The notes under the pieces were generated by a model, which saw nothing but the letters and a program-made list of their open reading frames with translations, searched no databases and was not told the origin of the DNA. The position numbers were made by a program, and so were the translations under genes. A stretch of DNA of 25,559 nt, from contig NZ_OMOH01000005.1 in NCBI RefSeq assembly GCF_900289195.1, positions 265,930 through 291,488 on the forward strand, written 5' to 3'. This document shows positions 14,339 to 23,245 of this stretch, piece by piece (the first letter of the stretch is position 1; every line of letters starts with the position of its first letter). The DNA comes from Propionibacterium ruminifibrarum (GTDB taxonomy: Bacteria; Actinomycetota; Actinomycetes; Propionibacteriales; Propionibacteriaceae).

Positions 14339-16159
14339 ATGGCCGACAACGAACCGACAGGGCAGCCGGGGCAGGAGACGCGGAACGGTTCGGCCCCGTC
14401 TCCTGGCGCCATTGCCGTACTGACACGCTTCATGCGCCCCGTGAGACGCACCATCGCCCTGGGCGTGCTCCTGACGGCACTGTCCTCGGCGTGCACCTTC
14501 GTCCCGTACCTCGTCATCACCCGCATCGCACAGCAGGCGCTCTCCGGCCGGATCCCCTCGCCGGGGGCACTCGCCGGCCCGCTGGCCGCAGCCGCCGTCG
14601 CCGCGTTCCTGGGCCGGGCGCTCTTCGGCATGGGAACAGGCATCTGCCACTACGCCGACGCGGACTTCCGAGTCGGCGTACGAGAGGAACTCATCCGGCA
14701 CCTGTCCCGGGTGCCCCTGGGGTGGTTCCTCGACAACCCCTCCGGCCAGGTGAAGCAGGCCGCCTCCGACGACGTGCTGTCCATGCACCAGGCGGTCGGA
14801 CACGCCCCGGCGGACATCACCGCGGCGCTCCTGTCCCCGCTGATCCCGCTGGTCTACCTGTTCACCGTCGACTGGCGGTTCGCGCTCATCCTGCTGCTGT
14901 ACGTCCTGGTTGGCCTCGGCGTTTCGCTCATCCCGATGAGCAAGGACCACGATCGCCTGAACCGCGAGTACAACAACGCCATCGTCGAGCTGTCCGCCGC
15001 CTCGGTCGAGATGATCGACGGCGTCGAGGTGGTGAAGACCTACGGCACCTCGGCCCGCGCCAACCGGCGTTTCACGCAGGCCGTCGATCGCTTGGCCGAC
15101 ATCGCCTATCGCTGGGGCATCAGCACCGCGGGGCCGTTCAGCACGGTCGCGGCCCTGTTCTCGCCGGCCGTCATGCTCATCCTGCTCTGTGCACTCACCA
15201 TCTTGTTCGTCACACGGGGCTGGCTGGGGCTCGTCGACTGCGTCCCCTTCCTCATCCTCGGCGTCGGCATCCCCAGCGCCCTGTTGAACATGGCCACATC
15301 CCTCGGCTTCCTGCGTCTGGCCCTGCAGAGCAGCGGGCACTTGGGCACCGTCCTGGCCGCAGAGCCCCTGACCGAGCCCGACGAACCCGGCGAGTTCCCC
15401 GACGGCGAGCTGAGCGTGCAGATGGAAGGGGTGAGCTTCGCCTACGGCACGCAGTCGGCGCCGGTGCTCACCGACGTCGACATCACGCTGCGCCCGGGCA
15501 CGGTGACGGCACTGGTCGGGGACTCGGGCAGCGGCAAGACGACCCTTGCGCGCCTCATCCCGCGCTTCTGGGACCCGACGTCGGGGGTCGTCAGGATCGG
15601 GGGAGTGGACCTCCGCGACGTGACGACCACGCAGGTGCTGTCGAGGACTGCCGTGGTGCTGCAGGACAGCATGCTGCTGCGTCAGAGCATCCGCGACAAC
15701 ATCCGCCTCGCGCGGCCCGACGCGGACGACGACGAGGTCGTCGCGGCGGCCCAGAACGCCCAGATCCACGACCGCATCATGGAACTGCCCCACGGCTACG
15801 ACACCATCATCGGCTCCGACGACGGCGAGCTCTCCGGCGGCGAGGCCCAGCGCGTGGCCATCGCCCGCGCCATCATGCAGGACGCGCCGATCCTCATCCT
15901 CGACGAGGCCACCGCTCACGCCGACCCCGAGAACGAGGTGGCCATTCAGGACGCGCTCGCGCACCTGGCCCGGGGCCGTACGACCGTCGTCATCGCGCAC
16001 CGACTCAACACCATCACCCACGCCGACCAGATCCTCGTCGTCGAGCGCGGGCGCATCGTCGAACGCGGCACCCACGACGAACTGCTCGCCGGAGGCGGAC
16101 GGTACGCGGCGCTGTGGGACAAGCAGCAGGTCAAGGATGAGGAGGGACTGGCGCGATGA
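14339..16159 (+). CDS. ABC transporter, fused permease/ATP-binding subunit (type I exporter fold), partner 1
   Basis: 606 aa with GGAAGG upstream of ATG 14339. The N-terminal 6-TM region is followed by an NBD with Walker A GDSGSGKTT, signature LSGGEAQR, Walker B ILILDEAT and H-loop AHR. Confidence 0.9.
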   Translation: MADNEPTGQPGQETRNGSAPSPGAIAVLTRFMRPVRRTIALGVLLTALSSACTFVPYLVITRIAQQALSGRIPSPGALAGPLAAAAVAAFLGRALFGMGTGICHYADADFRVGVREELIRHLSRVPLGWFLDNPSGQVKQAASDDVLSMHQAVGHAPADITAALLSPLIPLVYLFTVDWRFALILLLYVLVGLGVSLIPMSKDHDRLNREYNNAIVELSAASVEMIDGVEVVKTYGTSARANRRFTQAVDRLADIAYRWGISTAGPFSTVAALFSPAVMLILLCALTILFVTRGWLGLVDCVPFLILGVGIPSALLNMATSLGFLRLALQSSGHLGTVLAAEPLTEPDEPGEFPDGELSVQMEGVSFAYGTQSAPVLTDVDITLRPGTVTALVGDSGSGKTTLARLIPRFWDPTSGVVRIGGVDLRDVTTTQVLSRTAVVLQDSMLLRQSIRDNIRLARPDADDDEVVAAAQNAQIHDRIMELPHGYDTIIGSDDGELSGGEAQRVAIARAIMQDAPILILDEATAHADPENEVAIQDALAHLARGRTTVVIAHRLNTITHADQILVVERGRIVERGTHDELLAGGGRYAALWDKQQVKDEEGLAR

Positions 16160-17886
16160 TCATCGACCAGATGGACCGGCTCGCCGCCGGCCGCACCGGT
16201 GTCCTGCCGCAAGCCGGGGTCTACGTCGGCACCGGCCTGCTCGAGGCCGCCATTTTCGCGCTGCTGTTGCCGCTGTTGCGCGCCCTCGTCGGCGGCGACG
16301 TCGCCCGGGCGCTCGTCCTGCTCGCCGCGGGGGCCGGGGTGGCCCTCGTCTACGGCGTCGTGCTGTACTGGGCTGACAACCGCGGCTATCTCATCGGCAT
16401 CAAGCACGTGCTCCGGCCGATCCAGCACCGGCTGGGCGACCACCTGGTTCAGCTGCCCCTCGGCTGGTTCACCAAGGAACGCAGCGGCCAGATGTCGACC
16501 CTGCTCACCCACGACCTGCAGATGGTCATGAACATGCCCAGCATCTTCATGCGCCAGCTCATCTTCTCGGTACTGACCCCGGTGACGGTCGCCGTCCTGT
16601 TCTTCGTCGTGGACTGGCGGGTGGGGCTCTCGTTCCTCGTCCTCACACCCGTGCTGTACGCCAGCTCCCGCTGGATGGCCAGGGCCGTGGGCGACGGGCA
16701 CTTCGAGGAGGAACGGGCCGGCGCGGAGCTGTCGTCCCGCATCCTGGAGTTCGCTCAGGCGCAGCCGGCCCTTCGCTCGGCGAACCGGAACGAGTCGGCC
16801 TGGGGAGCCCTGGGTGAGGCCATCGGGACCGACCGGCACGCCACAGTCCGCACCCTGCGCATGACGGGCCTGCCCATGTGGACGCACACCCTGCTCGTGC
16901 AGAGCATCTTCGCCCTGGTGCTCGTCACGGCGGCACTCGTCCTGGCCACCGGCGGCATCGGCGTCGCCGACTTCGTCTTCGTCGCCGTGCTGGCGCTGCG
17001 CGCCGTCGACGCCCTCAACAGCATCGGGCAGCAGGGCATGAGCATCCGCGTCACGCAGAACGCCCTCGACGCCGTGCAGCGCGTCCTGGACGAGGAGCCC
17101 CTTCCCCAGCCCGAAACGCCGAACCGGGCCGACGGTTCGGGCATCACGTTCGACCACGTGAGTTTCTCCTATGACGGCGAGCGCACAGTGCTGGACGACG
17201 TGAGCCTTGACATCCCTGAGCGCACGCTCACGGCGCTGGTGGGCCCCAGCGGTTCGGGCAAGACGACACTCACCCGTCTCATTGCGCGCTTCTGGGACGC
17301 GACGGGCGGCAGCGTGCGCATCGGCGGCACCGATGTGAGGGAGCTGAGCACCGAGGAGCTCATGAGTCGCATGGCCCTCGTGTTCCAGGACGTCTACCTG
17401 TTCGACGGCACCATCGAGGAGAACATCCGTCTCGGCCGGCCCGACGCCGACGATGAGCAGGTGCGCCATGCCGCCCGCCTGGCCCGGCTGGACGAAGTGG
17501 CCGAGCGGCTGGAGGACGGCTGGGACACCCGCGTCGGCGAGGGCGGCAACCGTCTGTCGGGCGGCGAACGCCAGCGCGTGTCCATCGCCCGGGCGCTCCT
17601 CAAGGACGCACCCATCCTGCTCTTCGACGAGGCGACCGCCGCGCTCGACGCCGAGAACGAGGCGGCCGTCGTCGAGGCCATGCACGAGCTGGCACGCGAC
17701 CGCACCGTCGTGGTCATCGCGCACCGCATGTCCACCATCGCCGCAGCCGACCAGATCGCCGTCCTCGAGGACGGGCGCATCACCCAGCTCGGAACCCACG
17801 AGGAACTCGTCGGTCTGCCCGGCCGCTACGCAAGCTTCTGGGAGGAACGCCTGAAGGCGCAGGGCTGGCACATCACCAACGACTGA
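16156..17886 (+). CDS. ABC transporter, fused permease/ATP-binding subunit, partner 2
   Basis: 576 aa. Its ATG overlaps the upstream stop (ATGA at 16156-16159). Walker A GPSGSGKTT, signature LSGGERQR, Walker B ILLFDEAT, H-loop AHR. Both NBDs look catalytically canonical, so this is probably a heterodimeric exporter. Confidence 0.9.
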   Translation: MIIDQMDRLAAGRTGVLPQAGVYVGTGLLEAAIFALLLPLLRALVGGDVARALVLLAAGAGVALVYGVVLYWADNRGYLIGIKHVLRPIQHRLGDHLVQLPLGWFTKERSGQMSTLLTHDLQMVMNMPSIFMRQLIFSVLTPVTVAVLFFVVDWRVGLSFLVLTPVLYASSRWMARAVGDGHFEEERAGAELSSRILEFAQAQPALRSANRNESAWGALGEAIGTDRHATVRTLRMTGLPMWTHTLLVQSIFALVLVTAALVLATGGIGVADFVFVAVLALRAVDALNSIGQQGMSIRVTQNALDAVQRVLDEEPLPQPETPNRADGSGITFDHVSFSYDGERTVLDDVSLDIPERTLTALVGPSGSGKTTLTRLIARFWDATGGSVRIGGTDVRELSTEELMSRMALVFQDVYLFDGTIEENIRLGRPDADDEQVRHAARLARLDEVAERLEDGWDTRVGEGGNRLSGGERQRVSIARALLKDAPILLFDEATAALDAENEAAVVEAMHELARDRTVVVIAHRMSTIAAADQIAVLEDGRITQLGTHEELVGLPGRYASFWEERLKAQGWHITND

Positions 17887-17898
17887 CCTGCGCTCGTC

Positions 17899-17959
17899 CT
17901 GCGGTTGTCGTGGGAAGACGCACAACAACCGCAGGGCGATGCTGGTCCTGCGGTTGGGG
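17899..17959. repeat. 61-nt hairpin-containing intergenic repeat, copy 1
   Basis: CTGCGGTTGTCGTGGGAAGACGCACAACAACCGCAGGGCGATGCTGGTCCTGCGGTTGGGG. The internal hairpin pairs CCTGCGGTTGT (17898-17908) with ACAACCGCAGG (17925-17935). Confidence 0.85.
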
Positions 17960-18005
17960 TGCTGCTCGTTCTGCTGTGTGGATGATCCTGCGGTCTGCGT
18001 TCGGG

Positions 18006-18066
18006 CTGCGGTCGTCGTGAAAAGACGCACGAGAACCGCAGGGTGAGACTGGCCCTGCGGTTGGGC
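18006..18066. repeat. 61-nt hairpin-containing intergenic repeat, copy 2
   Basis: CTGCGGTCGTCGTGAAAAGACGCACGAGAACCGCAGGGTGAGACTGGCCCTGCGGTTGGGC, about 10 mismatches out of 61 against copy 1 and offset by 107 nt. The hairpin pairs CTGCGGT..TCGTG (18006-18019) with CACGA..ACCGCAG (18028-18041). Confidence 0.85.
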
Positions 18067-18107
18067 GGAGGTTCACCCTGCGGTTCTCGGCGGACGTCGG
18101 CGCGTCG

Positions 18108-18995
18108 TCACGAGGTGGTGCGGGGGAAGCGCTGCGCGAAGTCGAGGGCGACGTCCTTCATGTAGGCGAACTCGACCCCGTCGGCCTCACGCATGTGCGC
18201 GATGAGCCTTTCCAGCATGAGCAGGTTCTGCGGGTGGCCCGACACGTCGGGGTGGATCGTGATGGGGAACACCGCGTAGTCCATCTCCCGCTGCACCCAG
18301 TCGAACTGGTCGGTCCACAGCTGCTCGATGTCCCGCGGCGACACGAAGCCGTGGCTGGTGAAGCTCGACTTGATGAACATCATCGGCGGCAGGTCATCCA
18401 GGTACCACGACGCCGGCAGCTCGATGAGGTCGGTCTCCTCGCCCCGGACGAGCGGTTTCATCCACTCGTAGGCCGACTCGGCCTCGTAGTCGATCTTCGT
18501 CCAGGTGTCACCCACCCTGACGTAGTAGGGGGTGTGGTCGTTGTGCATGAGCGAGTGGTCGTAGAGGAAGCCCCGCTCCACGAGCAGTTCGTTGGTGATG
18601 GGGGAGAACTCCCACCACGGCGCCACGTACCCGACCGGGCGGGTGCCCGACCGCTTCTCGATCAGGTCGGTGCAGTAGTCCAGGATCTCGGTCTCCTGGC
18701 GGCGGGTCATCGCGATCGGGTTCTCGTGCGAGTAGCCGTGCACGCCGATCTCGTGGCCGGAGGCGACAACCTGGTCGAACTGCTCCGGGAAGGTCTCGAT
18801 CGAGTGCCCCGGCCAGTACCAGGTGACGGGCAGTTCCTGCTGCTCGAACAGTTTCAGGAGCCGTGGCACGCCGACCTCGCCGGCGAACATGCCGCGCGAG
18901 ATGTCGCCGGGGGAGTCCTGGCCTCCGTAGGACCCCAGCCAGCCGCCGACCGCGTCGATGTCGATGCCGAACGACACGTAGATCTTCTTCGACAT
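18108..18995 (-). CDS. Polysaccharide deacetylase / NodB-homology (CE4) family amidohydrolase
   Basis: ORF 18108..19259 trimmed to ATG 18995 ([18 protein letters not shown]...), which has AAGGAG 8 nt upstream. Motifs include FGIDID (the Asp-Asp metal/catalytic region) and [12 protein letters not shown] (the His-His metal motif). 295 aa. Confidence 0.85.
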   Translation of the reverse strand: MSKKIYVSFGIDIDAVGGWLGSYGGQDSPGDISRGMFAGEVGVPRLLKLFEQQELPVTWYWPGHSIETFPEQFDQVVASGHEIGVHGYSHENPIAMTRRQETEILDYCTDLIEKRSGTRPVGYVAPWWEFSPITNELLVERGFLYDHSLMHNDHTPYYVRVGDTWTKIDYEAESAYEWMKPLVRGEETDLIELPASWYLDDLPPMMFIKSSFTSHGFVSPRDIEQLWTDQFDWVQREMDYAVFPITIHPDVSGHPQNLLMLERLIAHMREADGVEFAYMKDVALDFAQRFPRTTS

Positions 18996-19023
18996 GGTGA
19001 TCACTCCTTGTCCACTCGTGGTG

Positions 19024-19995
19024 TCAGACGTAGCAGTAGAACTGCTCGCGGAAACCGTCGGCCGATGCCCCGTTCGCGACGAGCAGGGCCGACAGGATCC
19101 GGGCCTGGTATGCGTTGAGGTCGCCGGAGGGGACCGCGCCGGCGTCCACCAGGTCGACCCCGCCCCCGTTGCCGTAGACCGGCACCGTGGGACCTGATGC
19201 CACCCGGGTGGACAGGACGACGGGGATCTGGGCCCTGGTGGCGCGTTCAACCTGCTCACCGAAGCCGATACCGGCGTTGCCGATGCCGGTGCCGGCGAGC
19301 ACGATCGCGTCGGCGCCCTCGTCGATCACGTGGGAGAGCACGCCCGGCGTCGCGCCGAGGTAGCAGGGCACGACCTCGACCCTGGTCCGGTCGAAACGTT
19401 CACCCGGAGCGGGCAGCGGCGGGAACCTGCGGGGGACGGCGACCTGGTGCAGCTGCTGGTCGCGGACGGTGGCCACCACGGTGCCGCCGTCGAACGCCGA
19501 CAGCGACCAGGTGCGGGCCTTCCGGGTGCCGCGGGCGGAGCGGACCTCGCCGGCGAAGCAGATCAGTACGCCGCAGCCGCGCATCGCCGGGGAGGCCGCA
19601 ACGGTGATCGCGTCGTTGAGATTGCCCGGCCCGTCCGGGGCGGGGGAGTCCGCGGTGCGCTGGGCGCCGGTGAGCACCACGGGCTTGGGACTGTCGTGCA
19701 CCAGGTCGAGCAGGAACGCCGACTCCTCCATCGTGTCGGTGCCATGGGTGATGACGACACCTGCGCAGTCCTCGTCGGCGAGGGCCTCGGCGACGGCCCG
19801 TTGCAGCACCCGCAGATCTGCGAACGTCAGCAGATAGCTGCCGGTCTTGAGCACGTCGGTGGCGCACACCTCGATCCGGCCGCCTGCCTCGCCCACGAGC
19901 AGGGCGGCGTCATCGCTGGCCGTCGCGCCACGGTACTCCTCGCCGGATCGCGACGAGATCGTCCCGCCCGTGCCGAGAACCCGCACATGAGACAC
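19024..19995 (-). CDS. ansA: L-asparaginase
   Basis: GTG start at 19995 with GGAGGAAGGAG 6 nt upstream. [10 protein letters not shown] (catalytic Thr), [15 protein letters not shown] and VVLTGAQR are asparaginase hallmarks. The stop is 28 nt before the deacetylase start, so the two probably form an operon. Confidence 0.9.
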   Translation of the reverse strand: MSHVRVLGTGGTISSRSGEEYRGATASDDAALLVGEAGGRIEVCATDVLKTGSYLLTFADLRVLQRAVAEALADEDCAGVVITHGTDTMEESAFLLDLVHDSPKPVVLTGAQRTADSPAPDGPGNLNDAITVAASPAMRGCGVLICFAGEVRSARGTRKARTWSLSAFDGGTVVATVRDQQLHQVAVPRRFPPLPAPGERFDRTRVEVVPCYLGATPGVLSHVIDEGADAIVLAGTGIGNAGIGFGEQVERATRAQIPVVLSTRVASGPTVPVYGNGGGVDLVDAGAVPSGDLNAYQARILSALLVANGASADGFREQFYCYV

Positions 19996-20024
19996 CTCGT
20001 GCTCCTTCCTCCGGAAGTGCGCAC

Positions 20025-20044
20025 CGCGGTCACCATTGACCGCG
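20025..20044. promoter_or_regulatory. Perfect 20-bp palindrome, candidate operator upstream of the ansA-deacetylase operon
   Basis: CGCGGTCA-ccat-TGACCGCG has 8-bp perfect arms. It lies 30-50 nt upstream of the ansA GTG and about 13 nt beyond its RBS. Confidence 0.35.
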
Positions 20045-20264
20045 ACATGACGGACCCGTAGGGGGCGAGGCGCCGCCGGCCCGGCCGACGCCGGATGGCC
20101 GGGGCCTGCCCGGCGGTGGTCCCGATGACCGGCCGCGCGGCCGCCTCAGCAGCCCGCCCTGGAGGTTCGTTGCAACTCACGATACGGTCCTGCCGGCCCC
20201 GAAGTCCATGGATCCGGTGGCCCAGTTGCGTCCCGGCCGCTCCGGCCCCGACCGGCACCGCGTC

Positions 20265-22052
20265 TCAGCCCAGCTGCTCGGCCAGTTCCAGCCAGCGTTC
20301 CTCGAGTTCGGCCATCTCGGCGTCCATCGCGTGCAGCTGCCCGGTGAGTTGCGTCAGCGCCTCGTAATCGGACGGTTCGACGCCCGCCATCTGCTCCTGC
20401 AGCTCCTGACGCGCCAGGGTGAGCTTGTCGATGCGCCGCTCGATGGCCCTCGACCGTTTCTGCATGGCTCGAAGCTCCGCGCCCGAAACCCCGGAGGAGC
20501 CGGCGGCTGCCGGCGTGGCCCCGGCGCTGGCGGCCGCGGCGGCCTTCTCCTCCGCGCGCAGCCGAAGGTACTCGTCGACGCCGCCGGGCACATGACGCAG
20601 CCGCCCGTCCAGCAGCGCGTACTGCTGGTCGGTGACCCTCTCGACGAGGTAACGATCATGCGAGACGACGATGAGGGTGCCCGGCCAGGAGTCGAGGAGA
20701 TCCTCCAAGGCCGCGAGCATGTCGGCGTCCACGTCGTTGGTCGGCTCGTCAAGGATCATGACGTTCGGTTCGTCCAGCAGCAGGAGCAGGATCTGCAGGC
20801 GCCGCTTCTGGCCGCCGCTCAGCTCGCCGACACGGGTGGCGAGGTGCTCGTGGGCGAACCCGAGACGCTCCAGCAGCTGGGCGGGGGTCAGGTCGTGTCC
20901 CTCGACGCGGAAAGTCGTCCGGGTCCGGGCCAGCACCTCACGGACGCGGTCGCCGGCGATCTCGGCGAGCCGGCGGAACTGCTGGTCGAGGATGCCGATT
21001 CTGACGGTCTTCCCCCGCCGGACGCGGCCGCTCGTCGGTTCCAGCGAGCCGCTCACCAGGCCCAGCAGCGTGGACTTACCGGCGCCGTTCACGCCGAGCA
21101 CACCGGCGCGTTCGCCGGGGCCGATGCGCCAGGTGATCTCGTGCAGCACCTCGTGCCCGTCGAAGCTGACACTCGCGTCCTCCAGGTCGACGACGTCCTT
21201 GCCCAGCCGTGCGACGGCCAGCCGCTGCAGTTCCAGCGGGTTGCGCACGGGCGGCACGTCCGCGATGAGCGCATTGGCCGCCTCGATGCGGAACTTCGGC
21301 TTGGACGTGCGGGCCGGTGCGCCACGGCGCAGCCAGGCGAGTTCCTTGCGCATGAGGTTCTGCCGTTTGGCCTCGGTGGCCGCCGCGATGCGGTCGCGCT
21401 CGACGCGGGCCAGGACGTAGGCCGCGTAGCCGCCCTCGAAGGGCTCGACGATGCCGTCGTGCACCTCCCAGGTGGCGGTGCAGACCTCGTCGAGGAACCA
21501 GCGGTCATGGGTGACGACGAGCAGGCCACCGGCGTTCGGCGGCCAGCGGTGCGTGACGTGCCCGGCCAGCCAGGTGATCGCCTCGACGTCGAGGTGGTTG
21601 GTGGGTTCGTCGAGGATCAGCAGGTCCCACTCGCCCACGAGCAGCGCCGCGAGTTCGACGCGGCGGCGCTGGCCCCCGCTGAGGTCGCCGATCGGCGCGT
21701 GCCAGTCGAGGTCGGACACCAGCCCGGCGATGACGTCGCGGATGCGGGCCTGCCCGGCCCACTCGTACTCGGCGCGGTCGCCGACGATGGCGTGGCCGAC
21801 GCTCTCGGCGGGGTTCAGCCCGTCGGACTGGGACAGCATGCCCACGCGCAGGCCGTTGCGGTGGGTGACCTGGCCGTCCTGGGGCGTGATGGTGCCGGCG
21901 AGCAGTCCCAGCAGGCTGGACTTGCCGTCGCCGTTGCGACCGACGATGCCGATGCGGTCGCCCTCGTTGACCCCGAGCGTCACCTGGTCGAGGACGACCC
22001 GGGTGGGGTACTCCAGGTGCAGGTCCTCCGCGCCCAGCAGGTGCGCGCCCAT
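20265..22052 (-). CDS. ABC-F family ATPase (Uup-like; two NBDs, no TM domain, C-terminal coiled coil)
   Basis: 595 aa. NBD1 has GRNGDGKSS, LSGGQRRR and LLILDEPTNHLD. An inter-domain linker follows. NBD2 has GVNGAGKST, LSGGQKRR and VMILDEPTNDVD. The tail is Ala-rich followed by a coiled coil (ELQEQMAG...MAELEERWLELAEQLG). Confidence 0.9.
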   Translation of the reverse strand: MGAHLLGAEDLHLEYPTRVVLDQVTLGVNEGDRIGIVGRNGDGKSSLLGLLAGTITPQDGQVTHRNGLRVGMLSQSDGLNPAESVGHAIVGDRAEYEWAGQARIRDVIAGLVSDLDWHAPIGDLSGGQRRRVELAALLVGEWDLLILDEPTNHLDVEAITWLAGHVTHRWPPNAGGLLVVTHDRWFLDEVCTATWEVHDGIVEPFEGGYAAYVLARVERDRIAAATEAKRQNLMRKELAWLRRGAPARTSKPKFRIEAANALIADVPPVRNPLELQRLAVARLGKDVVDLEDASVSFDGHEVLHEITWRIGPGERAGVLGVNGAGKSTLLGLVSGSLEPTSGRVRRGKTVRIGILDQQFRRLAEIAGDRVREVLARTRTTFRVEGHDLTPAQLLERLGFAHEHLATRVGELSGGQKRRLQILLLLLDEPNVMILDEPTNDVDADMLAALEDLLDSWPGTLIVVSHDRYLVERVTDQQYALLDGRLRHVPGGVDEYLRLRAEEKAAAAASAGATPAAAGSSGVSGAELRAMQKRSRAIERRIDKLTLARQELQEQMAGVEPSDYEALTQLTGQLHAMDAEMAELEERWLELAEQLG

Positions 22053-22098
22053 CAGCGCCGGCCCCCGGCTGGGGACACGGCAGCGGCCGCTCGGCGGC

Positions 22099-22860
22099 TC
22101 ATCCGCGCATGGCGCGGCGCGACACCTTCATGTTGCCGCTGGTGGGGAGGGGGCCCTTGGGCAGCGGGACGCGCGAGTGCATCCGGTCGAGGCCCTTGAG
22201 CCGGTAGGCGATCTCCTCGATCTGCTCCTTGTTGAGGGTCTTGGGGAGCTTCTTGATGTGAGCGGTGAGGTCCTCGAGCGGCACCTGGCCCTTCTTGTCG
22301 CCGATCATGATGGTCTGCACCTCGACGCCGTAGAGCACCTGCTTGTAACGCTTCGCCTCGGCGCCGAGCAGATTGTGGGCGCCCTTGCCGTCGCCGATGA
22401 GGATGAGACCGCCGGGGCCGACGGCGCGGTGCACGCAGTTCATCTGACGGTCGACCGCGACGGCGGCGGTGTAGTGCCACTTCTTCTTGTCGAGCATGCT
22501 CAGGGCCATCTCGCCGCCGCCGGGCTGGTCGACGGCGCGGGCGAACGCGGCCTTCTTGACGACGCGCTGCATCACGTACATGGCCAGCGTGAGGCCGCCG
22601 AAGAAACCGACGATGATCCACATCACCATCGGGTCGAGCAGCAGCCCGAGTACCACGCCGACGGCGGTGCAGCCGAGCACGCAGGCCAGCAGGATCCACG
22701 GGGTCGACGACTTGTACTGGGCGGCGAGCTTGTAACTCTCGCGCAGCTGCCGGACGGTGCCCCAGTCGGAGGGATTGTCGGAGTGCTTCTTGGCTTCCTT
22801 GAGGGCCTTGGCCTCGGCCTTCTGCTTCCGGGCCAGCTCCTTCGCCCGCTCACTCGCCAT
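22099..22860 (-). CDS. DUF4191 family membrane protein (Rv2219-like)
   Basis: ORF 22099..23022 trimmed to ATG 22860 (MASERAKELARKQKAEAK...), which has GAGGAG 6 nt upstream. A Lys-rich N-terminus is followed by two TM helices (WILLACVLGCTAVGVVLGLLL / WIIVGFFGGLTLAMYV) and a conserved C-terminal domain. As I recall, it has the same synteny partner role (glnA side of the lipoate/E2 cluster) as in mycobacteria. Confidence 0.8.
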   Translation of the reverse strand: MASERAKELARKQKAEAKALKEAKKHSDNPSDWGTVRQLRESYKLAAQYKSSTPWILLACVLGCTAVGVVLGLLLDPMVMWIIVGFFGGLTLAMYVMQRVVKKAAFARAVDQPGGGEMALSMLDKKKWHYTAAVAVDRQMNCVHRAVGPGGLILIGDGKGAHNLLGAEAKRYKQVLYGVEVQTIMIGDKKGQVPLEDLTAHIKKLPKTLNKEQIEEIAYRLKGLDRMHSRVPLPKGPLPTSGNMKVSRRAMRG

Positions 22861-23145
22861 GTCCGTCTCCTCGCCCTCGTCCCGGGTGATGCCGCGCCCC
22901 TCGCTGCCAGCGGTGCAGCGTGAACGGTTGTGCCGGGCACATTTTAGTCCAGGGCACGGTCGCCCCGAAGACATCTCGCTCGGGGCCGCCCCGGAGACCC
23001 CCGTGCGTCGCCGAGGAGACATCGGCCCGACACGCCGTGACCGAGGGGACCGCCGGGATCGTCGCGCCGGCCGTGCCGCTGACCCCGCGGCCTCCGGCCG
23101 TCGTCGGCCCGTCCGGCATCATCCCTGGTCGCGCCGCACACGCCG

Positions 23146-23175
23146 TTGACTCCCCGCAGGACCGCTCCCTAAGCT
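23146..23175 (+). promoter_or_regulatory. Candidate promoter of gldA
   Basis: TTGACT (23146-23151), an 18-nt spacer, then TAAGCT (23170-23175). The inverted repeat ACCGCGC-gcg-GCGCGGT (23185-23201) lies just downstream of the predicted +1. Confidence 0.4.
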
Positions 23176-23245
23176 GACAGCTGAACCGCGCGCGGCGCGG
23201 TCGGCTTCCGGCGGCATGTCAACGACGACAGGCAGGAGACACATC

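Noticed and set aside
14164-16140. 658-aa plus-strand ORF overlapping the first ABC gene in another frame.
   Set aside because: It is an off-frame read of the ABC gene, extremely Arg/Pro/Gly/His-rich. The 14339 frame carries TM helices and all the ABC motifs.
17887-18085. Possibility that the repeat array is a small CRISPR array.
   Set aside because: There are only two copies of the long unit, at about 84% identity, with the short motif scattered irregularly and in both orientations. There are no cas genes and no regular repeat-spacer periodicity.
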